Assembly: GCA_937868205.1 (NCBI GenBank)
Contig: CALMMC010000049.1
Coordinates: 423 to 64,422 of the forward strand
Source of the DNA: an uncultured bacterium
GTDB lineage: Bacteria > Acidobacteriota > Aminicenantia > Aminicenantales > UBA4085
DNA: 64,000 bases
Reading direction: 5' to 3'
Below are positions 37,811 through 47,045 of this stretch, one piece after another. The notes under the pieces are model-generated. The model was not told where the DNA came from. It did no database searches and was given only the letters and a program-made list of their open reading frames with translations. A program made the position numbers and the translations under genes. The number at the start of each line of letters is the position of its first letter. Positions within the stretch are counted from its first letter, which is position 1.

Positions 37811-39115
37811 ATGCCGAAAACGTCTGATTCCACCCGAAACGAGCGGCAGGAAGCCCTCAAGGGCATCATCAAGGATCTTCACGCCGGAGCCACGGTCAAG
37901 GATCTCCGCAAGCGTTTCGCCGTTCTCATCAAGGACACGTCGGCCGAGGAGATCGCCGATATGGAAAACGCCCTCATCCAGGAGGGTTTCCCGGTGGAGG
38001 AAATCCAACGCCTGTGCGAGGTTCACGCCGAGGTCTTCGACAAATCGCTCCGGAAAGCCGGCAAGCCATCGAAAATCCCGGGACACCCGGTCCACACGTA
38101 TCTTGAGGAGAACCGGGAAGCCCGGCGCCGGCTCAAGGACATGAAGCGGGCCTTGAAAAAGATCAAGGAGAACCGCCCGGGAGACCGGGAAATCGAGGCC
38201 TTCCGGGAGCGGTTCGAGGCTTTCCGGGAAATCGAAAAGCATTACGCCCGGAAGGAAAACCAGCTCTTCCCGCCTCTCGAAGCGACGGGATTCACCGGCC
38301 CGACCAAGGTCATGTGGGGAAAGCACGATGAAATCCGGGCCCACCTCAAGTCGGCCGCCGACCTCTTGGCCGCCGGCGATTGGGCCGGCCTAAAAGAGCG
38401 GTTCGGAACGCTCGCCTCCGCGGTCAAGAAAATGATGTTTCTCGAGGAACGGATTCTATTCCCGACCTCGGCTCGCAAGCTCAAGACATCCGACTGGGTC
38501 CGGATCAAAAACGGCGAACCGGCGATCGGCTATGCTTGGATCAAGCCCTCGGCCGTGTGGGATGCCCGCCTGGCCGAATCGATGAGCGCCCCGGCGGCCG
38601 AGCCGGCGCCGTCCGCCCCGGCCGCGCCTTCCCGCGGAGCGGAGAAATTATCCGCCGGCGGCGAAGGTCCGGCCGCCTCCGGGATCGGTCCGGCCCTCGA
38701 AACCATCCGCTTGTCCCAGGGGCGCCTGACGCCCGAGCAGATCGATCTGATGCTCCGCCGGCTCCCCGTGGACATCACTTTCGTCGACGAAAACGACCGC
38801 GTCGCTTACTACTCGGACGGGCCGGAACGGATTTTTCCCCGCAGCCCCGAAGTCATCGGCCGCAAGGTCCAGAACTGCCATCCGCCCAAGAGCGTCCACA
38901 TCGTCAACGAGATCGTCCAAGCGTTTAAGGAGGGGACGAATGACGTCGCCGAATTCTGGATCCAGCGGGAAGGCGGGCCGTTCATCCACATCCGCTATTT
39001 CGCCGTCCGCGACGAGGCCGGCTCCTATCGCGGAACCATCGAGGTGTCCCAGGACATCGCCCCGCTCCGGGCCCTCCAGGGCGAGCGGCGGCTCTTGAAT
39101 TGGGAGATGCTTTGA
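37811..39115 (+). CDS. DUF438 - hemerythrin-like - PAS domain protein (putative O2/NO/redox sensor)
   Basis: DUF438 N-terminus (…EEIADMENALIQEGFPVEEIQRLCEVHAEVF…), HHE-type hemerythrin helices, C-terminal PAS. The start is chosen at MPKTSDS. Confidence 0.75.
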   Translation: MPKTSDSTRNERQEALKGIIKDLHAGATVKDLRKRFAVLIKDTSAEEIADMENALIQEGFPVEEIQRLCEVHAEVFDKSLRKAGKPSKIPGHPVHTYLEENREARRRLKDMKRALKKIKENRPGDREIEAFRERFEAFREIEKHYARKENQLFPPLEATGFTGPTKVMWGKHDEIRAHLKSAADLLAAGDWAGLKERFGTLASAVKKMMFLEERILFPTSARKLKTSDWVRIKNGEPAIGYAWIKPSAVWDARLAESMSAPAAEPAPSAPAAPSRGAEKLSAGGEGPAASGIGPALETIRLSQGRLTPEQIDLMLRRLPVDITFVDENDRVAYYSDGPERIFPRSPEVIGRKVQNCHPPKSVHIVNEIVQAFKEGTNDVAEFWIQREGGPFIHIRYFAVRDEAGSYRGTIEVSQDIAPLRALQGERRLLNWEML

Positions 39116-39148
39116 AAACGCCGGCGTTCCGGCTAGAATAAGCGTTAG

Positions 39149-39625
39149 ATGAACGGGCCGGAACAAACGACCGAACCGACCCGCCGCCGACGGCGCGGAC
39201 CGGCCGTCCTTCTTTTCGCCCTGGCCGGGGCGGCCGCCGGGCTGGGCGGATTCACTTTCTTTTTCGCCCAGGGCGCGTCCTACCTCAAGGACGATCCGAA
39301 AATCTGCATGAACTGCCACATCATGCGGAGCCATTTCGACGACTGGAACCGGGCCTCCCACAAGGCCGTCGCCGTCTGCAACGACTGCCATACGCCGCCC
39401 GGCTTCCTCGGCCACTGGACGGTCAAGGGAATCAACGGCTTTAATCACGGGAAGGCGTTCACGACCGGCGACTTCCACGAGCCGATCCGCATCCGGCCGT
39501 TGAACAAGCGGGTCCTGCTGGACAACTGCCGGCGCTGCCACGAGCCGGTCATCGAGCGGATGCGGACGAACAGCCGGGGCGAGGAAGCCGACTGCAGCCG
39601 CTGCCACCGGAACGCCGGACACTGA
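39149..39625 (+). CDS. nrfH: Cytochrome c nitrite reductase small subunit NrfH (NapC/NirT tetraheme family)
   Basis: N-terminal TM plus four CxxCH motifs (CMNCH, CNDCH, CRRCH, CSRCH). Confidence 0.85.
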   Translation: MNGPEQTTEPTRRRRRGPAVLLFALAGAAAGLGGFTFFFAQGASYLKDDPKICMNCHIMRSHFDDWNRASHKAVAVCNDCHTPPGFLGHWTVKGINGFNHGKAFTTGDFHEPIRIRPLNKRVLLDNCRRCHEPVIERMRTNSRGEEADCSRCHRNAGH

Positions 39626-39641
39626 CGACGAAGGAGATCGG

Positions 39642-40952
39642 ATGATGGAAACGAAGCGTCCGCGGAAGAACGCGCTTTTGTACGGGGCGGCTTTCCTGGC
39701 AACGGCCGCGGTCATCGCCGGCGTCCTCGCCCTTCTCTTCAACGTCCGAACCCGGCGGGAGGAGGCGTACCGCTATCCCTTGAAGGTCGTCGAAATCAAG
39801 GACGGCGAGATCGATCCGGCCGTCTGGGGGAAAAACTTTCCCCTCGAGTACGATACGTTCGTCCGGACGCGGGAGAATTACGGCCGGACGTTCCACGGCG
39901 GATCGGAGCGCTTCAGCCGGATCGACGAGATCCCCGCGGCCAAGCGGCTCTGGGCGGGCTATGCCTTCAGCGTCGAGTACAATGAGGAGCGGGGTCACTT
40001 CTTCGCCCTGACCGACCAGAAGATGACCCGCCGGGTCCGGGAATTCGATCAGCCCGGAGCCTGCGCCAACTGCCACTCGGGCAAGGCTCCGGCCCTGATC
40101 CGGGAGATGGGCTGGGAGGCATTCAATAAAACGCCGTACAAAGAGCTCTCCCCCAAACTCCGCCACGGCTCGGTCTGCGCCGACTGCCACGACCCCAAGA
40201 CAATGGAGCTGGTCATCACCCGCCCGGCTTTCAAGAAAGCCATGGCCGCGGCCGGCGTCGACTTGGCCAAGGCGACCCGCCAGGACATGCGGACCTACGT
40301 CTGCGCCCAGTGCCACGTCGAATACTACTTTTACGGGGAGAACAAGGAACTGACTTTCCCCTGGGCCAAGGGCCGGACGATCGAGGCGATCGAAGCCTGC
40401 TACGATGAAAACGGCCACGTCGACTGGGTCAACGCGGAAACCGGGGCGGCCATGCTCAAGGTCCAGCATCCCGAGTTCGAAACGTGGGGCACCGGGCTCC
40501 ACGCCAAGTCCGGGGTGGCCTGCGCCGACTGCCACATGCCGTATGTCCGGGCCGGAAGCGTGAAGGTTTCCGACCACTGGATCCGCAGCCCCCTGACGAA
40601 CATCGCCGCCGCCTGCCAAGCCTGCCATCCCCGGCCCGAGGAGGAATTAAAATCCCGGGTCAAGGACATCCAGGACAAGACGGCGGGCCTTCTGCGGAAG
40701 ACGGAAACGGCCTTGCTTGCGGCCATGGACGCGATCATCAAGGCCAAGGCGGCCGGCGTTCCGGACGAGCGCTTGTCCGCTTCCCGGGCTCTGATCCGGC
40801 GCGGCCAGCTGCGCTGGGATTTCGTCTTTTCCGAGAACGGGACAGGCTTTCACAGCCCCCAAGAGGCCGCCCGCGTCCTGGCCGAGGCGATCGATTTCGC
40901 CCGGCAGGCGGAATTGGCCGCCGCCCTGCTCGCTCCGGCCGGAATCCGCTGA
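39642..40952 (+). CDS. nrfA: Ammonia-forming pentaheme cytochrome c nitrite reductase NrfA (CxxCH active-site variant)
   Basis: Five CxxCH motifs (CANCH, CADCH, CAQCH, CADCH, CQACH). The first heme is CxxCH rather than the CxxCK of canonical NrfA. Overall NrfA-like length and motif order. Confidence 0.85.
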   Translation: MMETKRPRKNALLYGAAFLATAAVIAGVLALLFNVRTRREEAYRYPLKVVEIKDGEIDPAVWGKNFPLEYDTFVRTRENYGRTFHGGSERFSRIDEIPAAKRLWAGYAFSVEYNEERGHFFALTDQKMTRRVREFDQPGACANCHSGKAPALIREMGWEAFNKTPYKELSPKLRHGSVCADCHDPKTMELVITRPAFKKAMAAAGVDLAKATRQDMRTYVCAQCHVEYYFYGENKELTFPWAKGRTIEAIEACYDENGHVDWVNAETGAAMLKVQHPEFETWGTGLHAKSGVACADCHMPYVRAGSVKVSDHWIRSPLTNIAAACQACHPRPEEELKSRVKDIQDKTAGLLRKTETALLAAMDAIIKAKAAGVPDERLSASRALIRRGQLRWDFVFSENGTGFHSPQEAARVLAEAIDFARQAELAAALLAPAGIR

Positions 40953-41143
40953 CGATCCGCGCCGCGGCTCGGGGCAAGACCCGCCCGCCTCGTTCTTTCC
41001 GGCCAGGGGGCGAAGGATTTTCAGTCCTAACGACGGGCGTCGTTTTCGCGATCATTAAGCTGAATCCGCACGATTTTCCGATTCCTATAAAGAAAAGGAT
41101 TTAAAGGAAATACAGGGAACTAAAAAAAAATATTAAATTTCTC

Positions 41144-41171
41144 TTGACACGCGTAACCTTTGCGTTATTAT
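41144..41171 (+). promoter_or_regulatory. Near-consensus sigma70 promoter (TTGACA, 16-nt spacer, TATTAT) followed by a TATGAC-N9-GTCATA palindrome (41181-41201)
   Basis: ttgaca at 41144-41149 and tattat at 41166-41171, inside an AT-rich roughly 200-bp block. The palindrome immediately downstream of the -10 is operator-like. Confidence 0.6.
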
Positions 41172-41212
41172 ATATAACGTTTATGACACTATTTGAGTCA
41201 TAGGGGTTAACA

Positions 41213-41281
41213 ATGAGCAATTTCAAAATGTTGGTTTTAGTGGTCGTCGTGATCTTTCTTTCGATGCTTGTGATCGGTTGA
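41213..41281 (+). CDS. 22-codon hydrophobic small ORF (MSNFKMLVLVVVVIFLSMLVIG)
   Basis: AGGGG Shine-Dalgarno 8 nt upstream of the ATG. It lies downstream of the strong promoter, and the peptide is a single TM-length hydrophobic helix. Confidence 0.35.
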   Translation: MSNFKMLVLVVVVIFLSMLVIG

Positions 41282-41303
41282 GTCCCTCCGAGGAAACAGG
41301 AAC

Positions 41304-41777
41304 ATGAAAAGGAGACTTCCCATGACCCCGGCAAGCAAAATCGACGAATTCGAGCGGACGTACCGCGGCGTCTATTCCCGGTTCGTCATCGTTTTTCTCG
41401 TTTTCTCCGCGGCTTGGCTGGTCCGTTTCATCGTCCGGACCATCGGCACGCTCCCCGAATGGCTGGACATCGGTTTCGCGGTGATCCTCATCCTGACCCT
41501 CCCCGCCCAGTTTTACAGCGTCGTCCGCTTGAGCGCGCTTCGCAAGCGCGGCCAAGCCGACGCGGAGCTGGGCGTCCTGTTCACGGATGAGAGGATTCAA
41601 GCCCACGGCAAGGCCGCCTGGATGTACGGATTCATCGCCATGGCCTCCGTCCTCGCCGTCCTCGGCGCCATTTCCGTCTTCGCCGACCTCAAGGACACGA
41701 ACGCCGTCATCTTCACGGCCCTCTGGGCCGGCTTCGGAGCATACCACTTGTCCTTCGTCCTCATGGAAAGGCGCTGA
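41304..41777 (+). CDS. DUF2178-like small membrane protein
   Basis: A 157-aa protein with 3-4 TM segments, immediately upstream of and co-oriented with an XRE regulator, the typical DUF2178/YozG pairing. Confidence 0.5.
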   Translation: MKRRLPMTPASKIDEFERTYRGVYSRFVIVFLVFSAAWLVRFIVRTIGTLPEWLDIGFAVILILTLPAQFYSVVRLSALRKRGQADAELGVLFTDERIQAHGKAAWMYGFIAMASVLAVLGAISVFADLKDTNAVIFTALWAGFGAYHLSFVLMERR

Positions 41778-41778
41778 C

Positions 41779-42003
41779 GTGGGCGGCGAGGAGCTCCGCA
41801 ACACGATCCGCGTCCAGCGGGCGATCAAGGACTGGACCCAGGAGGAGCTGGCCCGCCGGGTCGGCGTCACCCGGAAAACGATCAATACCATCGAAAACGC
41901 CGTTTTCGTCCCCTCCACCGTCCTGGCCCTGAAAATCGCCCGGGCTTTCGGAGTGAAGGTCGAGGACGTTTTCCAGCTGGCCGACGCGCCGCCCGAATCC
42001 TGA
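41779..42003 (+). CDS. XRE-family (Cro/C1-type) HTH transcriptional regulator, YozG-like
   Basis: HTH LRNTIRVQRAIKDWTQEELARRVGVTRKTINTIENAVFVPSTVLALKIARAFGVKVEDVF. The likely start is the GTG at 41779, right after the upstream stop. Confidence 0.75.
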   Translation: MGGEELRNTIRVQRAIKDWTQEELARRVGVTRKTINTIENAVFVPSTVLALKIARAFGVKVEDVFQLADAPPES

Positions 42004-42220
42004 GGCCCGGGAACCGAAAATCCAGGCTCGAGGCTGAGGCCGCAGACCGAACACCTCCGTGATCAAACAGCCGGAGCGGGAGCGGAGCGCGCCGTCGGCG
42101 GCTCATCCGGCCGCATCGGGGACGCGCCGAGCGAGCCGGCTCTCCCCAAAACGAAGAACGATCCCCGGCCGCTGAACTCAAGGGCCTCGAATCGGCGCCC
42201 GAGGCCTTGCCGGCGATTCC

Positions 42221-42249
42221 TTGACACAATCCCCCGCCGGCGATACGAT
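42221..42249 (+). promoter_or_regulatory. Sigma70-like promoter (TTGACA, 17 nt, TACGAT) for the C1 peptidase gene
   Basis: ttgaca at 42221-42226 and tacgat at 42244-42249, about 50 nt upstream of the start codon. Confidence 0.5.
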
Positions 42250-42297
42250 CTTTTTCCTCCGATGCCTTTTTTAATTCCACCCGCAACGAGGTGCCGC

Positions 42298-43533
42298 ATG
42301 TTCAGAAAAAAAACCATCCTCGGCCTGCTGGCCGCGTCGCTGCTTCTCGCCGCTTCCGCCGCCGCTCAGGACAAGCCGAAAGATAAAGGGATTTTCATCG
42401 AGCCCAAGAATCCCTTCTGGGAGGAAATCGCCAGGACGACCGGAGAATTCGGAAAGGCCCGGCCGGCCCCTCCCCGCCGGACGTTCATGGTCGACCTGGC
42501 CGGATTCGCCGTCCCGAAAAGCTTGGACGGCTTCAAGACGGCTTGGCATAATCCGCCGGTCTCCCAGGGGAACACGAACACCTGCTGGAGCTTCGCCACG
42601 ACCGCCTTCTTCGAATCCGAGATCTACCGGATCCACGGAAAGAAAGTCCGGCTCTCGGAGATGTTCACGGTCTACGCCGAATACCTGGAGCGGACGAAGC
42701 GGTTCATCCGCGAGCGGGGGGATTCCTACGTGGCCGAGGGATCCGAGGGCAACGCCGTCACCCGGAATTGGAAGATTTACGGCTGCATGCCCTGGGAGGC
42801 CTTCTCCGGGCTGAAGCCGGGCCAAAAATTCCATGATCATTCCAAGCTCATCGAGGAAGTCAAGGCCTACCTCGACCATGTCAAGACCGCCGGCGCCTGG
42901 AACGAGGCCGCCGCCCTCGAGACGGTCCGGGCCATTCTCGGCGCCCACATGGGCACCCCGCCGGAGAAGTTCACGGTCGAGGGACGGGAATACACGCCCC
43001 GGACCTACCTGCGGGACTGCCTGAAGATCAATCCCGACGATTACGTCGACGTTGTGTCCTACCTGCAGCAGCCCTTCGGCCCGAACGTCGAGTACGAAGT
43101 GCCGGACAACTGGTGGCACAGCAAGGATTACGTGAACGTCCCCCTCGACACCTTCATGAAGATCCTCAAGAAGGGCCTGGCCGCCGGCTTCACGATGAGC
43201 ATCGGCGGGGACATCTCCGAGCCGGGCAAGAACGCGGAGAAAAAAGTCCACATGATCCCGACGTTCGACATCCCCGCGGAATTCATCGACGACAACGCCC
43301 GGCAGTACCGCTTCGGCAACGGGACGACGACCGACGACCACGGCATCCACCTCATCGGATACAAGGAGGACGGGGGGCGGCTCTGGTTCCTGGCCAAGGA
43401 CTCCGGATCGAGCGCCTTCAACTTCGATCCCAAGGGCTATTACTTTCTGACCGAGGAGTACCTCAAGCTGAAGATCATGGATTTCATGGTTCACAAGAGC
43501 GTCCTCGAGGGCCTCGTGGAGGGGAGCCGCTGA
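42298..43533 (+). CDS. Papain-family cysteine peptidase C1B (aminopeptidase C / bleomycin hydrolase-like), secreted
   Basis: Catalytic QGNTNTCWSFAT (Gln/Cys) and DDHGIHLIGY (His); signal peptide after MFRKKTIL. Confidence 0.8.
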   Translation: MFRKKTILGLLAASLLLAASAAAQDKPKDKGIFIEPKNPFWEEIARTTGEFGKARPAPPRRTFMVDLAGFAVPKSLDGFKTAWHNPPVSQGNTNTCWSFATTAFFESEIYRIHGKKVRLSEMFTVYAEYLERTKRFIRERGDSYVAEGSEGNAVTRNWKIYGCMPWEAFSGLKPGQKFHDHSKLIEEVKAYLDHVKTAGAWNEAAALETVRAILGAHMGTPPEKFTVEGREYTPRTYLRDCLKINPDDYVDVVSYLQQPFGPNVEYEVPDNWWHSKDYVNVPLDTFMKILKKGLAAGFTMSIGGDISEPGKNAEKKVHMIPTFDIPAEFIDDNARQYRFGNGTTTDDHGIHLIGYKEDGGRLWFLAKDSGSSAFNFDPKGYYFLTEEYLKLKIMDFMVHKSVLEGLVEGSR

Positions 43534-43534
43534 G

Positions 43535-44320
43535 ATGGCCTTGAACCTCCAGGGAAAAACGATCCTGGTGACGGGCGCCTCCAGCGGCCTGGGTCTCGCC
43601 CTCAGCCGGCTCCTGGCCGAGGAGAATGTCAACCTGGCCTTGCTGGCCCGGCGGGACGACGTCCTTCGCCGGACGGCGGCTGAGCTTCAGCACTCGGGGA
43701 GCGCCGTCCTTCCCGTCAAGTGCGACGTCTCCAAGCGGGAGGAGATCCAGGCCGCTTACCGGGAAGTCCGATCCCGGTTCGGGGGCGTCGACATCGCCAT
43801 CCTCAACGCCGGGGTGTCCGGCCGGGGCGGTATGAATCTCTTCGACGTCGGAGCCGCCCGGACCATGTTCGACGTCAACGTGTTCGGAGTCGTCGATTTC
43901 CTCGGCGAGCTTCTGCCCGATTTCAAAAAGCGGGGATCGGGGACCATCGTCGGCGTCTCCAGCCTGTCCGACAGCCGGGCGGTCCCCCGCAACGGATTTT
44001 ACTGCGCCAGCAAGTCCGCGGTGTCGTTGATCCTGGATGCTCTCCGGATCGAGCTCAAGCCTCGGGGGATCAAGGTCGTCACCGTCAAGCCGGGGTTCGT
44101 CAAGACGCCCATGACCGACGGCAACGACTTCAAGATGCCGTTCATCGTTTCAGCCGAGAAGGCCGCGGCCGTCATCGTCAAGGGCCTGAAAAAAGAAAAG
44201 ACGTACATCCGGTTCCCCTTCCTCATGCGGGTCAGCGCCTGGGTCCTCAAGCTGATGCCGAATTTTCTCTACGAGATTTTCGCCGCCCGGGTGAAAAGCG
44301 GCGCGGAGAACAAAAAATAA
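43535..44320 (+). CDS. SDR-family short-chain dehydrogenase/reductase
   Basis: TGASSGLG cofactor motif and the YCASKSA catalytic YxxxK. Confidence 0.85.
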   Translation: MALNLQGKTILVTGASSGLGLALSRLLAEENVNLALLARRDDVLRRTAAELQHSGSAVLPVKCDVSKREEIQAAYREVRSRFGGVDIAILNAGVSGRGGMNLFDVGAARTMFDVNVFGVVDFLGELLPDFKKRGSGTIVGVSSLSDSRAVPRNGFYCASKSAVSLILDALRIELKPRGIKVVTVKPGFVKTPMTDGNDFKMPFIVSAEKAAAVIVKGLKKEKTYIRFPFLMRVSAWVLKLMPNFLYEIFAARVKSGAENKK

Positions 44321-44346
44321 AAACGCCGGTTAAGGAAGAGCCGCCC

Positions 44347-44979
44347 ATGCGTTCACGTCTCAAAACCGCAATCCTCGCGGCCCTCGTCATCCTGGCCGCG
44401 GGGCTCCTTTCAAGCTGCGCCGCCCTGGAGCCGTTCCTCTCCGCCCTTTCGAATCTCCAGCGGCTTCAATTCCGGCTGGCCGACGTCTCCGATTTTTCGG
44501 TCCTGGGCATCCGGATCGAGGGCAAATCCGCCCTGAACGATTTCAGCGTCATGGACGGAGTCAAGCTCGTCCAGGGATTCACGGCCAAACGCCTGCCGGC
44601 GGAATTCGTCCTCCGCGTCGAGGTCCGCAATCCCAACGACGGCACGGGCGGATCGCCCCGGACCGTCTCCACGCTGACCGGCTTGGAAAGCCGCCTCCTC
44701 ATCGACGGCACGCCGACGGTCATCGGCAATATCGACCAGGCGATTGAGATCCCCGGGACGGGCCGAAACACCGTCATCCCCATCCGGATGACGATCGATC
44801 TCTACGAATTCTTCGCGGCCAAGGGTTACGAGGGGCTCCTCAACCTCGCCCTGGCCTTGGGCGGGGCTGAACGCGATCCCGCCCGCGTCGCCCTCGACGC
44901 CCAGCCCACGGTCACCACTCCCCTGGGCCCGATCGTCTATCCCGGCCGGATCACGATCATCGACGCAGAATTCCGCTGA
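44347..44979 (+). CDS. Lipoprotein of unknown function
   Basis: Signal peptide plus lipobox (LLSSC), AGGAAG RBS, about 210 aa. Possibly LEA14/WHy-like; weak. Confidence 0.5.
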   Translation: MRSRLKTAILAALVILAAGLLSSCAALEPFLSALSNLQRLQFRLADVSDFSVLGIRIEGKSALNDFSVMDGVKLVQGFTAKRLPAEFVLRVEVRNPNDGTGGSPRTVSTLTGLESRLLIDGTPTVIGNIDQAIEIPGTGRNTVIPIRMTIDLYEFFAAKGYEGLLNLALALGGAERDPARVALDAQPTVTTPLGPIVYPGRITIIDAEFR

Positions 44980-45036
44980 GTCCGGAAGGCCGGGCGGAGA
45001 GGGGAAACGCCCGAAGGCCGACGAAATCGCCGGCGC

Positions 45037-46881
45037 TTATTTCAGCCGGACGTCGTCGATCTCGAGCCAAAACGGGCCGGGCGCCGTCGTCGCCCCGATG
45101 GCGATCCCCAGGATGTCAAAGCCCTCGAGCCCGATCTTCTCGAACGGAAGGACGACTTCCTTCCATTCCGGACCGGCCGGAAAGAAGGCGATCTTCGGGA
45201 TGAAGCCCGAGCTCTGGGCATAAATCATGACGGCAAACGTCTTCCCCTCGCCCCTGGCCCAAAAGCTCAGGGCTTTTTTCGAGGAAAGATTGGCCGGAGT
45301 GAACGGCGCCCGGCCCGGCGAGAAGAGAGCCGAAGCCCAGCGGATCGACCCCGTCTCGGAGATCTCTCCCTCGATTTTCAGGGCCCGGGCGCTGCCCTCG
45401 GCTCCTCCATCCACGGTCGAAAGCTCGGCCCGGGACTTGCCGCCCATGAGGGAATCCGTGGACGCCGTCCAACCGGACCCGAACCGGGCGGAAACGGCGC
45501 CGTCCTCGAAATCGCTGATCAGGCCGTCCCCCAGCCCTTCCGGGGCCGGGGCGTTTTTCTGGTTTTCCCTCGCCCGCCTGGCTTCCGCGGCCGCGCTCCG
45601 CCAGGACTCCCGATCGATCCGAAGTCCGTCCTTCCAAACACCGACGATGGCCCGGGTCGCCTTGATTTCAACGGTCGGATCACCCTCGACCAGGAGAAGG
45701 TCGGCCCGGCTCCCCGGCGCGATCCGGCCTCTCCCCCCGAGGTCGAATAAAGCGGCCGGGATTGAGGTGGCGCTTCGAAGGGCTTCGAGAGGCGTCAAGC
45801 CCGCCTTGACCAGGAGAGCGAGCTCGCCGTGAAGAGCCGCTCCGAAAGCCGTCCCCGGATTGGAGGTATCGGTCCCGGCCAAAATCGGCACGCCGGCCGT
45901 CCGGAGCTCGCGGAGCGTCCGTTCGGCCGCGGCATAAGCGCCCGGGGCGGACCGGAAGGGCATCGTCTGGCCGAGCGTCTGGAGGTCCTCGGGCCGAAGA
46001 TAAGGGGACAGGCCGGCGTCGGAGGCGACGCCGGCCGGGTCGGGAGAACCGTTCATCGCGGCCAGGACGGTCAAGGTGGGAATGATGAAGGCCTTGCGCG
46101 AGGCCGCGAGCCGTCCGAAATCCGGGTCGAACGCGTCGTCAAAATGAAGATGGGCCAATCCGTCGGCTCCATCCTCCAGGGCTTCCCGGCACTGCCGCAA
46201 GGTCGCGGCGTGGACGACCGTCCGCCTGCCCCTGGCCCGGGCCGCGGCGATGAGGGCGGCTTCCGTCTCCCGCGTAATCGCCGGGATCGCGCGGCCGTAG
46301 GTCGATCCGTCGTCGCGGATGATCTTGATGAAATCCGAGCCCTCGGCGAGCCGGGCGTCGACCCAGGCCTGGGCCTCGCCGGGAGCGGTCAAAGCCGGGA
46401 CCTTGACGCCGTACTCCGTCCCATGCCCTCCGGGCGCGGTCGCTAAAATCCCGCTCGAGACGAGGTGAGCCATGGGCCGGAATCCCGCCGCCTGAGCCTT
46501 CTTTTGAGCCGAGACGAACTCGGCTGAAGTAAACATGTCTACGAGGACGGTCACCCCGAAGACGGCTGCCTCCCGGAGTCCGCTTTCATCCCAGACATGG
46601 ACGTGGGAATCGATGAGCCCGGGAAGCAGCGTCCGCCCCGCCCCGTCGACGATCTCGGCCCCGGCGGGAACGGCCGCCTCCGTTCCGACGGCGGTGATCC
46701 TCCCCCCCTCGACGACGACCGTCGCCGCGGGGATGACTTTTTCTCCGTCGAAAATCCGGACGTTGATAAAGGCCGTCGATCCGGCTTCATTCCCGGCCGG
46801 ACCGGGGACGGGCTCGGACGCGCGGACAGACGCGCCGATCAAGACCGCGGCCCCGAGAACCGCTATCGCTGTTTTTTTCAT
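45037..46881 (-). CDS. Secreted amidohydrolase-family metallo-hydrolase with an extra C-terminal beta-rich domain
   Basis: LPGLIDSHVHV metal-binding motif, signal peptide, and a roughly 200-aa C-terminal extension. Confidence 0.8.
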   Translation of the reverse strand: MKKTAIAVLGAAVLIGASVRASEPVPGPAGNEAGSTAFINVRIFDGEKVIPAATVVVEGGRITAVGTEAAVPAGAEIVDGAGRTLLPGLIDSHVHVWDESGLREAAVFGVTVLVDMFTSAEFVSAQKKAQAAGFRPMAHLVSSGILATAPGGHGTEYGVKVPALTAPGEAQAWVDARLAEGSDFIKIIRDDGSTYGRAIPAITRETEAALIAAARARGRRTVVHAATLRQCREALEDGADGLAHLHFDDAFDPDFGRLAASRKAFIIPTLTVLAAMNGSPDPAGVASDAGLSPYLRPEDLQTLGQTMPFRSAPGAYAAAERTLRELRTAGVPILAGTDTSNPGTAFGAALHGELALLVKAGLTPLEALRSATSIPAALFDLGGRGRIAPGSRADLLLVEGDPTVEIKATRAIVGVWKDGLRIDRESWRSAAAEARRARENQKNAPAPEGLGDGLISDFEDGAVSARFGSGWTASTDSLMGGKSRAELSTVDGGAEGSARALKIEGEISETGSIRWASALFSPGRAPFTPANLSSKKALSFWARGEGKTFAVMIYAQSSGFIPKIAFFPAGPEWKEVVLPFEKIGLEGFDILGIAIGATTAPGPFWLEIDDVRLK

Positions 46882-47045
46882 GCTTCGCCCTTTCCATCCC
46901 GCTTGTCATCCGGCGGGGTGTGCCGGTATTTTATCATATTGTCCGCCCCCTCCCGGCGCTGATTGCATTCGCGGCCGCCTTTGGTTATGATTTTTTCTTC
47001 AGGTCCGTCCAGCCGGGCTGGAAAAACGGGAATAAGGGAGACACC

